In this document: piece by piece, positions 27,363 through 36,996 of the stretch | Numbering within the stretch: the stretch's first letter is position 1 | Layout of the letters: each line of letters opens with the position of its first letter | IMG/VR virus record: IMGVR_UViG_3300034407_003411 | Coordinates: 588 to 64,587 of that record | Length of the DNA: 64,000 nucleotides | Reading direction: 5' to 3' (one strand) | From: a virus | Lineage: Duplodnaviria; Caudoviricetes | Notes under the pieces: model-generated | Seen by the model: the letters and a program-made list of their open reading frames with translations, nothing else | Told to the model about the DNA's origin: nothing | Databases searched by the model: none | Program-made: the position numbers and the translations under genes

Positions 27363-27370
27363 TATAAATA
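27363..27370 (-). promoter_or_regulatory. putative late promoter (TATTTATA)
   Basis: 22 nt upstream of the cohesin-dockerin gene start. Confidence 0.6.
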
Positions 27371-27376
27371 TATAGA

Positions 27377-28576
27377 CTAATTCTTATGTCCCGCTCTTAT
27401 TAAATAAAATATAGTAGAATCACCATTACTTCGATCAAATAGACTATAACTTCCATATCCAAAATTTTCAGATTTGTCATCAGTATCTGTGTCTAGAGGA
27501 TCCCAAAAATATGGAGCTTGTTGGTAATGGAAAACTTTTGTAGAAGGAGTAGTATTAGAATACTGTGTAAATATACCATTCATATAAGCTAACATAGAAT
27601 ATAAATCTGCAACACTAAATTTCCCGTCATTATTAACATCCATTCTCCAATAATCTTTAGAATTATAAACCCCACTAATTAATTTACTAGTAAAGTAACT
27701 GATATCATTTAAAGTAGGTATTGATAATGCAGGTTGTACTATATCAATTGTGTAATCATAGCTATTATAATCTAAAGTAGTATTAAATGAATAATATCCA
27801 TTTGAATTTGTAGTTGTAGTAGCTTGCGTTGTATATGAAAAGCCTACTTGGTTTTTATTTTGAGTTTTTAGTTGTACTGTAACCCCAGATAAGGCTTCTT
27901 CTTCTGCTCCGTAAACATATCCAGTATGAGTTATAGGTTCAAAATTAGGATCAGTAGCAGACCACTCTCCAAATGGATGTGAAGAACCATTTGAACCGCC
28001 TAGTTGATTATAGCTACTACCATTTGGTATTTTATATTGAAAATTAGCAGCACCTACACCACCATAATTTTGAATTCTATATTCAAACTCATACCATGTA
28101 TCTTTATCTAGAGTTGCTGTACCATAAGCCCATACATTCCAACCATAATGTTTAGTAACTATATCATCAGTTTTACCAATACCTTTAATCATAAACTCAT
28201 GTGAGTCATCAGTATATGTTCTAAATGAATATAGGCCTGTTTTATTAGGTTTTACCCAACCGTGATAGATAATTGCATATCTTTCTCCAACTGCATCCCA
28301 CCTTGGTGGGTTCCATAATTGTTGTGGGGTATGATTACCGCCTCTTGGTCCTTGATAACTTAATATATCAACAGTTGTATCTAAATAAAGTGTAGTACCA
28401 TTAGAACTAAGATTAACCATGTTGTCAAACTCTATATGAGAATTAGCATTACCTGAATATCCAGTCCCTGAAGTACCAGCACCATAGTGAGTCTTAAGTG
28501 ATCTTAAGTTTACAGTAGTCTGTGCATTTATGAATCCACTAATTAAAATTAAAAAGCAAAGTATTCTGGTTTTCAT
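27377..28576 (-). CDS. secreted PA14-domain protein with dockerin-like EF-hand motif
   Basis: signal peptide/Q; PA14 YHGWVKP.KTGLYSF.TYTDDS; TTNSNGYYSF; MDVNNDGKFSVADL. Confidence 0.78.
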   Translation of the reverse strand: MKTRILCFLILISGFINAQTTVNLRSLKTHYGAGTSGTGYSGNANSHIEFDNMVNLSSNGTTLYLDTTVDILSYQGPRGGNHTPQQLWNPPRWDAVGERYAIIYHGWVKPNKTGLYSFRTYTDDSHEFMIKGIGKTDDIVTKHYGWNVWAYGTATLDKDTWYEFEYRIQNYGGVGAANFQYKIPNGSSYNQLGGSNGSSHPFGEWSATDPNFEPITHTGYVYGAEEEALSGVTVQLKTQNKNQVGFSYTTQATTTTNSNGYYSFNTTLDYNSYDYTIDIVQPALSIPTLNDISYFTSKLISGVYNSKDYWRMDVNNDGKFSVADLYSMLAYMNGIFTQYSNTTPSTKVFHYQQAPYFWDPLDTDTDDKSENFGYGSYSLFDRSNGDSTIFYLIRAGHKN

Positions 28577-28581
28577 ATTAT

Positions 28582-30294
28582 TTATCCATCACAGCTAATG
28601 CAATCTGCCATTCTAGATCCTAAATCCCCTTTAATTACTGAATCCGTTCGTAGATAATATAGAGTTTTTACACCTAATTTCCAAGCTTCCATATGAACCT
28701 GATTAATCCATTTAGGGGAATCATTAGGGTCAAATGATAAGTTTAAAGATTGTGTTTGATCTATATATTTTTGCCTTTCAGCTGCTTGTTTTACTAATTC
28801 TAATTGATTTACTTCTGAAAAGGTTAAGAATACTTCTTTTTCTTCTGCAGATAGTATATTATCTGGTAAACCTAATACTGATCCTCCTTCTTGGAGCATT
28901 TGTTTCCACCATTTTTCTTTATTTTCACCCTTAGACTCAAGTAAAGACTCTAATGATTTATTTTTTCTAATAAAAGTACCTTTAGCACCATTAAAAGTAT
29001 AAACATTAGCAGGTAAAGGTTCAATACCAGCAGAAATACCACCACAAATAACTGAGTTAGATACTGTAGGTGCGACTGCTAGTAAATGAGTATTTCTCAT
29101 ACCAGTTCCTCTACACCATAAAGGTTCTCCATATTCAGCAGCTAAATCCATTGAAGCACTTTCTGCTTCGCTTCTAATTTTATTAAATATATTTCTAGTA
29201 TGAACTGTAGAAGCTACTGAGTTAAATGGTAATCCTTTTTGTTGTAAAAATGTATGCCAACCCATTACACCTAATCCTAATGCTCTACCTTTAGCAGCAT
29301 GTTTATGAGTTCTTTTTAATGATTCTTTACCATTAGATTTATCAATAAATTCTTGCATTACACCATCTAAAAACCAAATTGCAGTTTGGATACAATCTGT
29401 GTCTTTAAATTCTTCCCATTTAGCTAAATTAAGAGATGATAAACAACAAATAAATGAATGTTCTTCATCTGTAAATAAAGTGATTTCAGAACAAATATTA
29501 GTCATAGAAACATCTAAGTTATGCATTCTATAAGCTATAGGATTATTTTTATTAACATTATCTTTATACATGACATAAGGTTCTCCTGTTTCCATTCTTG
29601 ATTTAAGAACTTTAGCCCATCTATTCATTGATTCTGGGTCTCTAGCTTCTAATTTTCTCATAAATGAATCACCTACAACAACGCATTGATGTAAATTTAA
29701 ACATTGTCTGTTAGGATCACCTTTAGGTCTTCTAATTTCTAAAAATTCATCTATATCACCGTGTTCAATATCTAAATTAACTGATGCTGCCCCTCTACGA
29801 ACATTACCCTGATTTGTTGCTATAATTGATGAATCATATATTTTAGCCCAAGGTACTACACCTTCACTTTTACCATTACCTGAAATATATTCTCCACGTT
29901 GTCTAATACGAGATAACGAAATACCTACACCCCCGCCGGATGCTGTCAACTTCATTAGTTCTGCGTTAGTTAAACCGATTCCACGTATTGAATCAGGCGT
30001 ATCAATACCAAAACATGATATTGGTAAACCTCTATCAGTTCCCATATTTGATATAACAGGTGATGCTAATCCAATCCAACCATTCCAAATATATTTAAAG
30101 AATTTATTTGCTAATTCTGGTTTTTTAAGTCTATTAGCTGAGGCATTTGCTACTCTTTTATAGGCATGTTTTACTGTTTCACCTGGGAGTAAATATCCTT
30201 TAGATATTGTTGCTAAAGAAATTTCATCCATCCATTCAGGATATTCTTTTCCTGGTGTCCAATTACTATAATCTGCTATTAAATTATTATCCAT
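28582..30294 (-). CDS. nrdA: class I ribonucleotide reductase alpha subunit (no ATP cone)
   Basis: ISCF, GGGVG, RRGA, TNICSEI, APTVSNS, QTQSLN, KTLYY, C-terminal CISC. Confidence 0.96.
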   Translation of the reverse strand: MDNNLIADYSNWTPGKEYPEWMDEISLATISKGYLLPGETVKHAYKRVANASANRLKKPELANKFFKYIWNGWIGLASPVISNMGTDRGLPISCFGIDTPDSIRGIGLTNAELMKLTASGGGVGISLSRIRQRGEYISGNGKSEGVVPWAKIYDSSIIATNQGNVRRGAASVNLDIEHGDIDEFLEIRRPKGDPNRQCLNLHQCVVVGDSFMRKLEARDPESMNRWAKVLKSRMETGEPYVMYKDNVNKNNPIAYRMHNLDVSMTNICSEITLFTDEEHSFICCLSSLNLAKWEEFKDTDCIQTAIWFLDGVMQEFIDKSNGKESLKRTHKHAAKGRALGLGVMGWHTFLQQKGLPFNSVASTVHTRNIFNKIRSEAESASMDLAAEYGEPLWCRGTGMRNTHLLAVAPTVSNSVICGGISAGIEPLPANVYTFNGAKGTFIRKNKSLESLLESKGENKEKWWKQMLQEGGSVLGLPDNILSAEEKEVFLTFSEVNQLELVKQAAERQKYIDQTQSLNLSFDPNDSPKWINQVHMEAWKLGVKTLYYLRTDSVIKGDLGSRMADCISCDG

Positions 30295-31110
30295 TTATTT
30301 ATTACTTTCTGCTGTTACTCTTACATTTGAGATAGTATATTCTGATCCACCTTTACATAAATCAGACCAACCACTACAATTAGGGTCACTATAATTATAT
30401 AAATTATCAGGATTAGGTGAAAATCCTTGCCATAATGAAGCAACAACTTTATATCCTTTTTCCATGTTTTCTTTTAAACCATCTAAGCTAGTTAATCCAC
30501 TTCCTGGACCTGCTTCATTATTTTTAAAATCATATACTACTACACTATTATCTCCTTGAACATAAGTAGTTGTCATATTAGTATAATCATCATTAAATTC
30601 AGTTACAATATTAAATGGTAATGAAGGATCTATTTTACTTGCATCTACAATACCAGTACCAGTTGTTCCAGTAAAACAAGAAGTATCTCCTCCTAAAAAT
30701 GCCCATTGATAGTTTTGAATTTTATTTATGTGTATTGTTGCCTGAGTAGCTACATTTCCATTAGTTTCTAAAAAATCTATTTCATCACAACAGTTTGTAC
30801 AACCATCACCAGAATCACAATATTCTGTTTCATTCATAACTAAATAAAAAGTTGCATTAACAAACTTTTGACCTGCTAATTTTGAAATATCTACTGTTGC
30901 TGAGATTTTAGAAATATTTTTATACCCTTGAGCAGAACGAACTCTACCTGGGTTAAAAAATACCTTATCTTCTCCAATTACAGGAGCACCTTGATCACAT
31001 CCTTGATTTGCGTCAAGATTAAAAGTAGGGGTAAATTCTTGTACTGAAACTTCCGAATTATTACATCCTATAAAAATAAGAGATAATAAAATAATTAAAT
31101 AATTTTTCAT
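30295..31110 (-). CDS. lipoprotein, clan GH-B glycoside hydrolase with GH7-like signature
   Basis: lipobox IFIG/C; VDISKL, NATFYLVM, YCD, CCDEIDFLETN, IDPSLPFNIVTEF, MEKGYKVVASLW, ISNVRV. Confidence 0.7.
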   Translation of the reverse strand: MKNYLIILLSLIFIGCNNSEVSVQEFTPTFNLDANQGCDQGAPVIGEDKVFFNPGRVRSAQGYKNISKISATVDISKLAGQKFVNATFYLVMNETEYCDSGDGCTNCCDEIDFLETNGNVATQATIHINKIQNYQWAFLGGDTSCFTGTTGTGIVDASKIDPSLPFNIVTEFNDDYTNMTTTYVQGDNSVVVYDFKNNEAGPGSGLTSLDGLKENMEKGYKVVASLWQGFSPNPDNLYNYSDPNCSGWSDLCKGGSEYTISNVRVTAESNK

Positions 31111-31128
31111 TTTTATTGTTTTTAATTG

Positions 31129-32115
31129 TTAAAATATTGATGCGGCATCCCAATTTTGAACGCCTTTGCTATAATTAGTTACTCTATTTGCAAAGAAATC
31201 TGTATGTTGTTTTCCACCTGATAAGTTATCAAACCAACTCATTCTTTGTACTGCTTCTTGATCTATGCCATTAACTATTGCTCCATATCCTAGATCACTC
31301 ATTTTTGTATTTACTCTATGTTTAATAAAAGATATTAAATCATATTTAGGACAACCTGGTAAGTCTCCCATTTCATAAACAGTATCAATAAAATCTAATT
31401 CTAATTTTAAAGATAATTTAGCTGCTTCTTCAATATCAGCTTTTAATTCTGGAGTATCAAATTCAGGATGTTCTTGTAATAAGGTTCTAAATAACCAACA
31501 ACCAGCATCTGAGTGTAATGATTCATCTCTAATACTCCATTCTACTATTTGACCTACTCCTTTTAGTTTATTATCTAATTTAAATGATAATAAAACTGCA
31601 AATGATGAAAATAAATTAACACCCTCTGTAAATGCAGAAAATATAGCTAATGATTTAGCTCTTTCATGCCAATTAGGAGTACCATCATGTGAATCTCTAA
31701 CTTCAGTTAATGCTTCAATTTTAGCCATTGTAGCTTCATCTTCTAAAAACTCACTAAAATCATCTAAACCTAATTCTTCATTTAATAAACTATATGCTTC
31801 AGCATGTATAGTTTCAAAGGCACCAAATGTAACAGCCATTTTAATTACTTCAGGTTTTCTAAACCATTTTGTTACTAATGATGACCAATAATCATTTACT
31901 ACAGTTTCTGTTTGAGCAAATCCCTTTAAAATCGAACCAATAATAGTTTTTTCTGTATCAGTAAGATTTTGTTTCCAGTCATTAACATCACTCATCATTG
32001 GTACTTCTGTATGTAACCAATGTGCTTGTTGTTGTTTCATCCAATAATCATGTGCTTCTGGATATTCAAAGGGTTTATAAACGATACGTTCCTGCAATAA
32101 TGATGTTTTTGCCAT
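31129..32115 (-). CDS. nrdB: class I ribonucleotide reductase beta subunit
   Basis: ETIHAEAY, TEGVNLFSSF, RDESLH, TDFFANRVTNY. Confidence 0.96.
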   Translation of the reverse strand: MAKTSLLQERIVYKPFEYPEAHDYWMKQQQAHWLHTEVPMMSDVNDWKQNLTDTEKTIIGSILKGFAQTETVVNDYWSSLVTKWFRKPEVIKMAVTFGAFETIHAEAYSLLNEELGLDDFSEFLEDEATMAKIEALTEVRDSHDGTPNWHERAKSLAIFSAFTEGVNLFSSFAVLLSFKLDNKLKGVGQIVEWSIRDESLHSDAGCWLFRTLLQEHPEFDTPELKADIEEAAKLSLKLELDFIDTVYEMGDLPGCPKYDLISFIKHRVNTKMSDLGYGAIVNGIDQEAVQRMSWFDNLSGGKQHTDFFANRVTNYSKGVQNWDAASIF

Positions 32116-32135
32116 TTTTAAATTGTTTTATTAAG

Positions 32136-33521
32136 TTATTTTTTTAGTTCGAAAAAACCTGGGTCGTAAGCCTTTTTTAGTTTTGCTCTGTCAAATTTAT
32201 CAACATCAGTATCAAACTTATTTGTCTTTGGTGATTGAGATAAATGTTCTTCTTCACTTAAGTCTGTATTATAATTATGTACTTCAAAATGTCCTGTAGA
32301 AGTATCTGCTTTAACTGCAAATGTAAGACCATCTATACCATATCTATTTTTCATAATATGAAATCTACCTGTGTTGTTAACTTTGTCTTCTTTCTTCCTT
32401 GATAAAGACATCGCGAAATCAGAAATCATCAGCTTATCATAAGAACCAGCTGCTTTGTCTCCTTCGATTATCTCATCATTGGCACCTGCCCTATTTACTT
32501 GAGAGACTGACCAAATAGGTATGTCTAATTCTCTCGCAAGGCCTTTTGTGCTTGTATAAATATCATCAATTTCGTCCTTACGCTCTCTATTTTTGCGTTT
32601 TGATGAAAGTAAATCAACATAATCAATTATTATTAAATCTGCCTTTACACCCATTCCTTCTACTTTTTTAAGGTGTGATTCAATTGTTGACATAGTCGCA
32701 CGACCTGTGGGGTATTCTTTAATTATTAACCTACCTGGCAATTGAGGAATGATTTCTTCTGCTTTTACTTTAAGTGCTTCAGTTTGGTTAACTGGTATGT
32801 TTGTGAAAAAAGCGTCATATCGTTTTCCAACATAAGCTTCACCTAATTCTAAAGTATAATGCAAAACATTATACCCTAACCTAATAGCATATCCTCCTAA
32901 TGCAACTAAAGACCAAGATTTACCACCTCCTGGGCTACCAAATATGAGGCCAAAATCTCCATTTCCCAATCCGCCTTGTAAAATATCATTAATTTTTGCC
33001 CATGGCGTTGGTACAATTGTCCTTGAATTTTCTCTATATCTTTCTTCAATGTCTTTAATATATTCATGTCCTACATTTTTATCTTGTCCTGCTTTTAATG
33101 CCCCTTCAACTAAAAATCTAATTCCTTCAAAATCACCTGCTTTCAATAAATCAACTGAGGACATTAATGCTTTTTTTAATTGTTGATTTCTACAGAAATT
33201 AGTAAATTCTTCTTGTACATACTTTAAATCTTCATCTGATGCTACATAGGCTAGCTTTAGTTGCTCCTTAATTGATAATTGTAAAACATCATTATCAACT
33301 TTTTGTAATTCAACTTTTAAAATTTCTAATGTAGGAGTAGTATGATATTTATCATAATATTTTAGGATCTGTTTAATAGCCCATTTATGTGCGCTATTTT
33401 CAAAAAACTCTTCACTGATAATATCATGTATATTAACTAAAAAATCTTTATGTGTTAATAACGATGAAAGAGCTTTTATTTGAAAATCGTGTCCGTACTG
33501 ATTTAGTGTTTGTAATGTCAA
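32136..33521 (-). CDS. replicative DnaB-like helicase (gp41-like)
   Basis: GSPGGGKS, TLEL, IKEYPT, IIIDYVD, SQVNR, KNRYG. Confidence 0.93.
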   Translation of the reverse strand: MTLQTLNQYGHDFQIKALSSLLTHKDFLVNIHDIISEEFFENSAHKWAIKQILKYYDKYHTTPTLEILKVELQKVDNDVLQLSIKEQLKLAYVASDEDLKYVQEEFTNFCRNQQLKKALMSSVDLLKAGDFEGIRFLVEGALKAGQDKNVGHEYIKDIEERYRENSRTIVPTPWAKINDILQGGLGNGDFGLIFGSPGGGKSWSLVALGGYAIRLGYNVLHYTLELGEAYVGKRYDAFFTNIPVNQTEALKVKAEEIIPQLPGRLIIKEYPTGRATMSTIESHLKKVEGMGVKADLIIIDYVDLLSSKRKNRERKDEIDDIYTSTKGLARELDIPIWSVSQVNRAGANDEIIEGDKAAGSYDKLMISDFAMSLSRKKEDKVNNTGRFHIMKNRYGIDGLTFAVKADTSTGHFEVHNYNTDLSEEEHLSQSPKTNKFDTDVDKFDRAKLKKAYDPGFFELKK

Positions 33522-34558
33522 TTTTTATAACCTTTAAAATGTAAAAATATATCTTTTAACCATGTCTCTAAATTCCTAATCATCCCTCCTAATTTATCTT
33601 CGTTGTAAAACGAAACAAACATATCAGGATTAAATTCAGGTATGTCTTCTGCTATTAAATCATCTAAATAATCCTTTTCTCTATCATCAATCATTGGTTT
33701 ACTTAGATCCATAATTTTATAGTTAGTTTCTAATCTATTTTGATCTTGAACTATGCGTGAATATACAACGTGATCTTTAAATTTCCTAGCAGATATGTCA
33801 AAAATGTCATTTAGTGTAAGTGATTCGGTTTGTAATTCAGGAAACTTTTTAAATATTCCCTTTACACCTAACCCTTTAACACCTGGAATTTTGTCTGAAC
33901 TATCACCTAATAATGTTTTGTATAGAATAAAATTTTCAGATAGTACGCCAAATTTTTCTTTAACTACCTTAGGAGTATAATATTCTTTTTCCATCGGTCT
34001 ATAAAGTATAATTTTATCAGTTACTAACTGTACAAAATCTTTGTCGCTTGAAACAATAAAACACGTTGAATTATGCTTTTCTACTAATTTTTCAGCTAAT
34101 ACCGCGATAATATCATCTGCCTCGACTTTATCAATGACTGTTGTTTTAACAGGTAACATTTTTAGATATTGAATAATTCTAACTATTTGATCTACTTTTG
34201 AATCATGTTCTTCTTCTAAATTATCAAATGCATCCCAATTAGTAATTCGCCTAATATCTCTATCTTGTTTGTACTCGGAGTGCAAGTTTTTACGGCTAGC
34301 CGTTGAACCTGCACCATCGAATACTACATAAACAGAAGTAGGGTTAGTTTGTCTGATCATTGCACCTAAAGAACGAAAGAATCCACCTAACCCTCCAATG
34401 TGAATCCCATCAGGATTTACCATATTCATCATAGCAAAGTTTCTAAAAAACAGATTTAAACCATCTATTAGTAATACTTTATCATGTCTATTTTGTACAG
34501 TTTCCTCCCCTTGCTCCTGGACTTCATCCAGCAACTTAAATAATTCTTTTTGCTTCAT
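33518..34558 (-). CDS. 5'-3' exonuclease / flap endonuclease (T4 RNase H-like)
   Basis: LIDGLN, VFDG, EADDII, SSDKDFVQL, GDSSDKIPGVKGLG. Confidence 0.93.
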   Translation of the reverse strand: MKQKELFKLLDEVQEQGEETVQNRHDKVLLIDGLNLFFRNFAMMNMVNPDGIHIGGLGGFFRSLGAMIRQTNPTSVYVVFDGAGSTASRKNLHSEYKQDRDIRRITNWDAFDNLEEEHDSKVDQIVRIIQYLKMLPVKTTVIDKVEADDIIAVLAEKLVEKHNSTCFIVSSDKDFVQLVTDKIILYRPMEKEYYTPKVVKEKFGVLSENFILYKTLLGDSSDKIPGVKGLGVKGIFKKFPELQTESLTLNDIFDISARKFKDHVVYSRIVQDQNRLETNYKIMDLSKPMIDDREKDYLDDLIAEDIPEFNPDMFVSFYNEDKLGGMIRNLETWLKDIFLHFKGYKN

Positions 34559-34561
34559 AAT

Positions 34562-35632
34562 TTATTCTGGTTCTTTTTCGAAATGTGAAATGTTTTCAAC
34601 AAAATTTTCTTCAATGATATCAAAATCACCACCACCAAGCACTTTAGCCCATTCAGCTGTATTATCTGACTTGTATTGTTTTAGTTCTTTATCGTTATCA
34701 TTAATAAAACCATGTGGAGTCATAACAATTTTTCCCCTCGTAGTAACACCATTAATGTGATTTTTATCAATTTGGATGTTTACTCTTTTAGCAAATTCTA
34801 CTTGCTTACCATCTTTAATTGCTTTAATTTTAGATGTTCCAGCGTTTGAAATATTACCAAATGTAACTACAAATGTAGAATCAAACCACATAGCAAATCC
34901 ACCTTTATTCATTAATTTAGGTTGCCCCATAGGTGATTCAGCTTTTGCTGTCCATACTTTATTAATACAAACTAATGTATTAGTAAATACAGAAGATTCT
35001 TTTCGAGATAATGTAATTCTTTGGTTTACACTATTTCCAAATTGAGTTGACATTGCACCAGCATTCCATTCATTATTATTTTTGTTTGACTTAATTGACA
35101 TTTCACAAGGTACTGATCCAATACTATCCCATAGGAATAATAAATCATAAGGTAAATTACCTTTCTTTTGTTCGTCAATTAAATCTAAAATAAATGCTGC
35201 TACATCTTCAATTGAATGAAGAGTTTCTCTATCAACATAAAGGAAATTTCCATCATAATTAATAACCTCACCATGTTCATCTTTTTCAATATTGAGTTCT
35301 AATCCCATTTGCATGGCATGTTCCCAATTCCATTTCATCTCAGTAATAATGAATACAGGTAGTATTTTACGTTTTTGCGCTGATACTGCTGCTTCAATTA
35401 ATGCTGTTGTCTTGCCTGTATCGGAGTGTCCTCTTAGTAACACAATATGTCCCATTGGAATTCCAGGAATAGAAGTAACGTCTTGGAATGCTTTTGATAA
35501 AGGTAACCATTCTTGGTCCTTAAACTTTACATTCTTATCTAGTCCTTTTTTATTCTTAAAACTTGATAAATCAAATTTAGATTGGATTTCTTTAGAGACT
35601 GCCGCCGATAATGATTTTTTCTGTTTGGCCAT
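34562..35632 (-). CDS. RecA/UvsX-like recombinase
   Basis: GIPMGHI, Walker A GHSDTGKT, WDSIGS, NKGG, KNH. Confidence 0.88.
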   Translation of the reverse strand: MAKQKKSLSAAVSKEIQSKFDLSSFKNKKGLDKNVKFKDQEWLPLSKAFQDVTSIPGIPMGHIVLLRGHSDTGKTTALIEAAVSAQKRKILPVFIITEMKWNWEHAMQMGLELNIEKDEHGEVINYDGNFLYVDRETLHSIEDVAAFILDLIDEQKKGNLPYDLLFLWDSIGSVPCEMSIKSNKNNNEWNAGAMSTQFGNSVNQRITLSRKESSVFTNTLVCINKVWTAKAESPMGQPKLMNKGGFAMWFDSTFVVTFGNISNAGTSKIKAIKDGKQVEFAKRVNIQIDKNHINGVTTRGKIVMTPHGFINDNDKELKQYKSDNTAEWAKVLGGGDFDIIEENFVENISHFEKEPE

Positions 35633-35634
35633 AT

Positions 35635-36468
35635 TTAGAAGGGTAGATCATCTTTTTGATTATCTCCATCAAATAATGAATCAAACTCATCAGTTTTCTT
35701 TTGTTTAGCTTTTGTAGTGTCTAAAGCAAAATTACTAGATGGTTTATCATCAAAATCACTTGCTGGTTCAGATATAATATCTCCCTCACTTTCACCACCT
35801 TCAGGTTCTAACCATTTTTCTAAAGCGGATTTCATTTCATCAAATGTAAATTGTTTGAATTCCTTTTTAGGATCTGGTTGGTCTTTTAACCATTTTTCTA
35901 CTAATGTAGCATCATCACTAAGCGCAGTTTGTTTAAGTCTAACTCTAACTGAGGACTTGTTGTATTGAGTACCTGTAGCTTCTGGTCCTACTGTTTCTAT
36001 AGTAAGGTCTCTACCATTTACTACATCAGTATAATCACCAATCTCATCATCCACTGCTAATGAAAGTAATTCTTCATATATCAGTTTCCCGAATTGCCAT
36101 AGTCGAACTCCTTTGTCCTCCTCTCCTCTAACGATAACTGGAGCGAAAATCCTAGTTTTGGCATCTAACTTTTTAGCAAGTAGATAATTTTCTTTGCTAT
36201 ATTCTTCTCTTAATTTTTTCGCGAATAAAGCAATTGGGTCTTTCTCTCCCCACGTTTCAGGTGAAAGCATAACCTTATTAGTAATACCATAATAGAATTT
36301 TAATTCCGTGAATGGGTTGTTAGAATTAACGGCACTAGGCACAATTCTAATCTGTTGTTTACCTACTGTAGGTCTCCAAAATGTAAGAGAATAATCTCGT
36401 TTGGCACCACTGGCAGGTGTTTTTTGTTGGAGCGTATCCAACTTCTGTTTAAGCATTGATAAATCCAT
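35635..36468 (-). CDS. single-stranded DNA-binding protein (gp32-like)
   Basis: FWRP..GKQQIRIVP, GVRLWQFGK, DYTDVVNGRD, acidic tail DDLPF. Confidence 0.88.
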   Translation of the reverse strand: MDLSMLKQKLDTLQQKTPASGAKRDYSLTFWRPTVGKQQIRIVPSAVNSNNPFTELKFYYGITNKVMLSPETWGEKDPIALFAKKLREEYSKENYLLAKKLDAKTRIFAPVIVRGEEDKGVRLWQFGKLIYEELLSLAVDDEIGDYTDVVNGRDLTIETVGPEATGTQYNKSSVRVRLKQTALSDDATLVEKWLKDQPDPKKEFKQFTFDEMKSALEKWLEPEGGESEGDIISEPASDFDDKPSSNFALDTTKAKQKKTDEFDSLFDGDNQKDDLPF

Positions 36469-36498
36469 AATTTTTATAACTTTTTTTAATGTAACTGT

Positions 36499-36528
36499 AA
36501 TATACGAAGCAAAGATTGGGCCTCCAAA
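36499..36528 (-). promoter_or_regulatory. Bacteroidota-type promoter upstream of the replication genes
   Basis: TTTG-N20-TATATTAC. Confidence 0.7.
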
Positions 36529-36996
36529 CTATACTTCAATTATTTTGTAAATTTTTGTATTTAATTGATTTAATTCATTGTGTTGTGTCAATAAAATACA
36601 ATTTTTATACTGTTGCCAATTTACTTGATACTTAGTATCAACAACACCACCATTAAGCTTTTTAATTAATTCATTTAAAGCATTAATTGTGTATAAGGTA
36701 TTAGATTCCTTTTTTCTATGGACTAAGATAGTATTATCTGGAATGGTATGAACATTGCCTTGGTCGACATTATAAGTGATAACAAATTCATCTTTACCTA
36801 CAATTTCTAAGACAAAAAGTTTGTTGTAAATGATTGTATATTTTGATTGAATTTCTTCAAGCAAATTATCTAAGTTATCTATATCAGTAAAGGTGCAAAA
36901 CAGCTTATTATTCAAATCGCCAATGTTATTTAATGATGTTATTACATCATAGTTCACATTATACGTATTCACAGGTCTATCTAAAGTCGTAATCAT
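36529..36996 (-). CDS. hypothetical protein
   Basis: NKLFCTF, HRKKESNTLYTINALN; overlaps the upstream gene end. Confidence 0.7.
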   Translation of the reverse strand: MITTLDRPVNTYNVNYDVITSLNNIGDLNNKLFCTFTDIDNLDNLLEEIQSKYTIIYNKLFVLEIVGKDEFVITYNVDQGNVHTIPDNTILVHRKKESNTLYTINALNELIKKLNGGVVDTKYQVNWQQYKNCILLTQHNELNQLNTKIYKIIEV

